Source: Botryllus schlosseri (Eukaryota). From it: a stretch of 60,000 nucleotides of DNA. The translations under genes and the position numbers were made by a program. The DNA is taken from assembly GCA_051294905.1 (NCBI GenBank), contig CM119371.1:17052001-17112000 (forward strand), given 5' to 3'. Positions within the stretch are counted from its first letter, which is position 1. Each line of letters opens with the position of its first letter. The notes below the pieces were generated by a model. That model saw nothing but the letters and a program-made list of their open reading frames with translations. It was not told where the DNA came from and made no database searches. Shown piece after piece: positions 54,963-60,000 of this stretch.

Positions 54963-55039
54963 TGCTCAATAGCCCGGTGGTGAGCGACGTGACATTATAC
55001 CCATCCAAGCCAGGTTCGATTCTAGCTAAGGTAAGTTTT
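54963..55039 (+). ncRNA. Putative tRNA-like Pol III transcription unit (right arm copy)
   Basis: TAGCCCGGTGG at 54970, GGTTCGATTCT at 55013, TTTT at 55036-55039. Confidence 0.45.
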
Positions 55040-55500
55040 GGCGTGGTAATGAGTGTTATAGGTGCAGCAATCGACATCGCGCTGGTTGATGCGGCGCTGT
55101 GCACAATATAGATGCGGCAATCAATGCGGAGATGATGTGGCAATGGATGATGTGGCACTATAGGTGTGACGCTTGATGATGTGACACAGATGAATGTGGT
55201 ATGTGATGTACCAATGGGTGGATGATGTGGCAATAGGTGTGCTATAGGTGCGGCAATGGGGGGATGATGTGGCAATAGGCGTCCCGTAGGTGCGGCAATG
55301 GGCGGATGATGTGGCAATGTAGGTGTGGCAATTAAGGCGACGTGGCCTTCTGGGATTGGCGGGCAATAAACGATTCCCATAACACTACTAATGCGGCCCG
55401 TTATACACGGGAAGTTGAGAACCCCTGGAGTAGAGGTAGAGATGATTGAAAATGAAGAATCGAAATTACAGAAATTATGCTGTGATTCACAAGTGTAATT

Positions 55501-55780
55501 TTAGTCCAGTGGTGCATTCAAGGCCTTCCGAAGAACATGCAGAGTACTCAATAACGTGATCTTTTGGATCATGTCGAACCGAACGTTACCCGGAATTTGT
55601 AGGATATGTCCCATGAGTCTTTTGCTTACGACCCCTCTAGCGCCAATGACTATCGGTACAATGTGTATTTTGCATAGCCACATTTTCTCACATTCCATTT
55701 TGAGATCTGCGTATTTGGATTGCTTTTCAGATTTTTGTTGTTGTTGTATGTTGTGATCAGCTCGGACATCTAGTTTAGTG
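55501..55780 (-). mobile_element. Non-LTR retrotransposon 3' fragment (restriction-like endonuclease C-terminus, R4/Dong-like)
   Basis: SEKQSKYADLKMECEKMWLCKIHIVPIVIGARGVVSK...MIQKITLLSTLHVLRKAL matches the EKxxKYxDL...W...VPIVIGAxG...QKxxLLxT motif. Confidence 0.8.
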
Positions 55781-55789
55781 AATAAGCAT

Positions 55790-55946
55790 CATCATCATTA
55801 TTGGTTCATTAGCAATTTAATCAGTTCAATACACCAAAAAAATGCGATACAATGAAAAGACAGGAAGATATCGAAGCGACTTGGAGTTGTCTATGGAATC
55901 AGACACCAACCTTGGCCTAGGCGATGTAAAGAGGAGGCATGCACAC
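55790..55946 (-). repeat. Retroposon-like 3' end with (ATG)n tail; related inverted copy at ~35550-35645
   Basis: Shared GTGCATGCCTCCT.TTTACATCGC...GGTTGGTGTCT...CCTGTCTTTTCATTGTATC. Confidence 0.55.
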
Positions 55947-58900
55947 TAGGGTTATTCAGAATTGACCGACTTTTAAAAAGTCTAGGTTTTCAGTCCGTTT
56001 CCCAAGGTATTCAGTCCGTTTCCCATGCCTTATACCTTAAAAACAAATTCTGGCTTCTTTTTGTTGTAATTGTAATTGTAACCCAAAAAAATCTTCGGAA
56101 TTAGCGCAGCATTAGTGATTATAGTATTGTAGCAGTATTGCATTATTCGATCTAATGGACCTGATACTCTTTCCTGTCTACTGGGATAGAAAACAAAGCT
56201 TGTAAATGTATTTTCCAGTGACTGTGTAAAACAGCCAACTGTTTGCTCTGAATTTTATGTTATTTCCTGAGATAGCAATATACTGGTTTAGGAATAATTA
56301 TCATCCAGAACCAATAACTGGATCCAAGCCGGCTATTCTTGGGCAAGTTGTGCAATATGTGTTTAACCCAAGAGAACTGAAATGTTTCCAACTACGGTAT
56401 CCTTTGTTGCTTGACTGATTAGCTCTAGTGCGAAATGTCTGGAAAAGAAGAAAGCTGGTATCTATACTGCAATAGTATCCTATCAAAGAAGACTAGAAGA
56501 GAACGATCGCAGACAGATCATTGGAGGAGGCCATTACGGTATCGAAGCTGCCTACTCTGAGCCAAGTTCTGCAGCAATGTGTGCCACACACGAGAGCATC
56601 TACGAAATATGAACCACGGCGCAGTAGATGAAGTAAAAGGTTTTTAGTTACTGGCTAGCATAAAGACCATCACGAAAATCAATTGTCATCTAGTGCAATA
56701 GTATCAAAGAAAACTAGAAGATCACAGTAGCAGACACAACATTTCCTAGTTGGGCCATTTGAGGAAACATTACGGGATCGAAGCTGCCTACTCTTAGGAA
56801 AGTTATGCAGTATGTGTTACACCTACAGAGAGCATTCATATGCGAAAAATGAACCAGTAACGTTACACATACAGGACGTAGGAGATGAAGTAATAGGGTT
56901 TTGGTTCCTGGCGGCCACAAAGACCATCACACGAGTCAATGCCATTGAAATATTAGAGACGGTGTGAAAACAGAAAACAAATGGCTGTCACTAAAGGAAT
57001 CTGAGAACAGCAATAGGCATCAGGAAATCAAACCGACTTTGAAGACAAGCTGAGTAAGCTATAGGCATAAGAGCGACAGTTGAAGAAAGTAGGCTACAAT
57101 TCTTTCCGAATACATAAAATTTTATCATGATCAAAGGGGTCCGTGATTAGCAATGATTGGTGACAAAGATACATTGTTGAAAGTGAAAATCATGGAACAA
57201 AAGATGCGTGGTGCGAGAGATGCTGGTGCACCAGAATCAAGTAGCGAAGGTGAATTTACAAAGATCTCGTCTATTTCGTCGCAGAAAGCTGACACCACAG
57301 CTGTGATTTCGAGGTGGCGCAGTCGACATCTGTTCATTCCTTTAAATTTGAGACTATGCAAGCGCCTGTAAACCTATTCTACGACAAAGACCCATGCCAG
57401 GTTTTTAATCGCTTGAAAGTGAATGATGATGCTGCTAGCCTGCTACCATGATAGCTGCAGCACTGAATAAAGCTTACGATGATGGCCCTAACGACTTTCA
57501 CCTTTCAAGATCTGGAACCTATCGACGACGCATGGTAAATCGTTTTAGAATTTCTGAGTCTATTTTGGAAGAAATACCAAACGATCTAACAAAGCACATT
57601 GCATTGCGCTGTGATGGAAAGCTCACTAGGAGTCCTTTAGGAGAGCAATTTGAGGCCTTGGCAGTGCTGCCATCGTCTGCGAATTCCAACGCATTTGTGA
57701 ATAGCAAACATCTTAGCAGTCGAATTCTGGAGAGTGCTACAGGAAGAGTACAGGCTGATCCGTCATTTGAACCGCTGGAACTTTATAATTCTACAAAAAA
57801 TGTCAGAGCTCGTGTTTGACACAACATCCTCAAAAAATGGAAGAAATAAAGGTGCGGTTCTGTTACTTGAAGAATTGATGAACAGGAAAGTTTTCTACGT
57901 TGCCTGTCGCCATCATATTCATGAACTAGTCTTCCGGGAGGTCTAGAAGTGAAGTGTGTGTTTGGATCGGTGACCACAGGCCCTGAACATACATATTTTA
58001 ATACCTTCAAAGAAGTGGAAGGATATTGATACATTAAGAAGCTCTAAAACACTTCAGTTTAATGAAAGCAGATGGTTGGCGATGAAAGCTGTTGAAGCAA
58101 AGCAAGAAATCATTCCACTGATAAAGCCATATAATGGAAAGCAGAAAGAAGTCTTGATGAGAGATGACTACAGAGAATGTGCAACAGGCGCCTTGGCAAT
58201 TTAAGATGAACAATATGTTGATAATAGTTTTCGCAAGCATGGTGCTACTTAATGCCACTGGAAGGATGCGTCAAGTCCTGTACTGTCAACAAATGTTCAT
58301 GTGGAGTGAGCGAATGAGCTATTCTGAAGAGTTCATAAGAAAGTTGGTACTAATAAATACATTCATTGCACTGTTGTATGTCCCAGCTTGGTTGAAAACT
58401 GGTATTGCATGTGACGCACAGTGTAATGATCTCAAATTCCTTCATGGCATGACAGACTTTTCATCACACGATTTCACAGTTGCTGATGTGGCATATAAAA
58501 AGATGCGAAAACATCATTGGAATCTCAACGAGGAAACGGTGGTATTAACAATGTTCTCGACTAAACCAAGGATTCCTGACAACGTTATGGAAACGATTGC
58601 AGCAAATGCCGATCCTTGAACAGCTTCGCAGAGGTATAACTGTGACTCTAATCTCTGACCCTGTCTCTGAGTAAATGAGGCCGGAATCATAGTTTCTATT
58701 CGACGCTATACGTGTCGAACATGATTGGTTGAGTCTTCCAGTTTCGGAATGGCATACTGGTCCGCATTTTGTGACTGCTCAAAAATTTGTGAGTGATGTA
58801 GAAGTAGTTGGTGTGGAAGATCATGGGAACAGATATGCCGATTTCTCAAAAGCAACAATTTCATCCACCTGATTTAAGTAGTATTTGCCAAGTCGATCTA

Positions 58901-58947
58901 TTTCTTTGTGTTAATGTTTCGTTTCCTTTGAACAATGTGATGTTTAT
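55947..58947 (+). mobile_element. Second, diverged copy of the hATm-type transposon; transposase pseudogene; right end interrupted
   Basis: Starts TAGGGTTATTCAGAATTGACCGAC; colinear with the reverse complement of 14498 down to ~11420; motifs CDGKL, VFDTTSSKNG, VACRHHIHELV, HHWNLNEETV; ~230-bp internal duplication at ~56460-56945. Confidence 0.9.
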
Positions 58948-60000
58948 TAGGGATGGTGTGAACGCGAGGTTCACGTTCGCGTTCTGTGTGTGAACCTCAG
59001 AAATTTAGAGGTTCACGTTCACAAACGAACCTTGGTAGGTTCTGCACTGTGAACCTTTTTCATATATTACAATTTTCTCCCCATTATGACATCTCTGGTT
59101 GAAATTTATTGCATTTCAACTGCGGGCCACTCTATGCACGGCGCTGGCAGCATAAATAAATTAAGGGGGCACTTCTCTTTAAAAGTGATTTTTTTAGGTG
59201 TTCACGTTTGTAGTCATAAATTCCCAAAGGTAGATGCGAGCCCCATGATTCATACATTGCTGGAAAGGGCAGGAAATTTCCTTTCCAAATATGGTCTTCA
59301 TGTTGTACCATGAGCATGTACCCCATCGGTACACTTACTCAAAAAAACATGAAAATATTGAACACGCGTATTAAAAATCCTAAAAACTCAAAAGTCTGTC
59401 AAGATTTTCCTTCAAATATTGTTGTAGTAATAGTACAGGTGTATACCTACAAAATAATGGAGGGATTTTCAAAAAAAGGTTTTCTAACAAAATTTATTAA
59501 ATATTTGTCAGCGAACCCTAAATTTTCATTTTTTTCAAGATTCTTTCCCCTGTAAAAATTTTTCTGGACAAAATTTTGAGAAAACGCTCCATTATTTTAT
59601 TATACGTACCCTAACCATCATTTGTGCAAGATGAATCGGACAAGCAGGTGCCGAGCAGATACAATTTTTGTGCAGAAAAAGTATATTTTGAGAAAAACGC
59701 GTTTAAAAAATCAAAACTACAATAACTTCGAAAAACAAGGATATGAACACTGATCATGACATCAATGGCCACATTAGTTGATTTGCATCACACATTGAAC
59801 CATATATAACACAACCTGAGCATTAATAGCCGCCAGGCACATAGTCTGATGTGTCTAAGGACTCTTGAACTCTTTAAATTTTTCACAGCGAGAGAGCGTC
59901 GAGATGCAGTCTGTCTTTTTTTTCGCTTCAAACCAGTTCCATTTTTGTGAACGTGTTCTCTGGCAAGTTTAGGCTTTCAAGAACACTCAAGTATACACTG
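58948..60000. mobile_element. Further nested element ends (TAGGGATG... with GTGAAC/GTTCAC motifs; TTAAGGGG... from 59161), other ends not in window
   Basis: hATm homology stops abruptly at TAGGGATGGTGTGAAC; no TSD can be verified. Confidence 0.45.

Larger units (their letters stand above)
40130..55389. mobile_element. Non-autonomous, fully palindromic Polinton/Maverick-like element (15,260 bp)
   Basis: Ends AGTAGTGTTATGGG / CCCATAACACTACT; exact 6-bp TSD AATGCG (40124-40129, 55390-55395); arms 40130-47737 and 47782-55389 pair as p <-> 95519-p at every point checked; no ORF with recognisable homology. Confidence 0.85.
38305..55427 (+). mobile_element. hAT (Buster/Charlie-type) deletion derivative carrying two nested insertions
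   Basis: TIRs CAGGGGTTCTCAAC / GTTGAGAACCCCTG; exact 8-bp TSD GAGTAGAG (38297-38304, 55428-55435); BED-finger-like remnant WNNEFAFSDTAEKPICHIC at 38928. Confidence 0.93.

Noticed and set aside
40130..55389. Palindrome as an assembly or fold-back read artefact
   Set aside because: The arms differ at several positions, the spacer does not resemble a sequencing adapter I recognise, and the flanks are different sequences that rejoin into one hAT element with an exact 6-bp TSD. Read-level confirmation is still advisable.

Overview
AT-rich, intron-containing eukaryotic (animal, probably invertebrate) DNA made up mostly of nested transposable elements; no intact protein-coding gene is visible. The dominant feature is a 15,260-bp near-perfect palindrome (40130-55389; two ~7.6-kb arms around a 44-bp spacer). 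It has AGTAGT...ACTACT ends and an exact 6-bp target-site duplication (AATGCG), the hallmarks of a Polinton/Maverick end, but encodes no recognisable protein: it is built from nested tandem repeats plus a tRNA-like Pol III cassette near each end. It sits inside a hAT (Buster/Charlie-type) deletion derivative, which appears to interrupt an exon of a decayed spliced gene with repeated NVVGGNQ motifs. Elsewhere: a three-tier hAT nest with a self-inserted copy and a tRNA-derived SINE (4379-8398), two decayed hATm-type transposons, a Gypsy-like gag/protease remnant, a CACTA/EnSpm deletion derivative with a spliced accessory gene, many TSD-bounded MITEs, and an R4/Dong-like LINE fragment. Family names come from motif recognition by eye, not from database searches.
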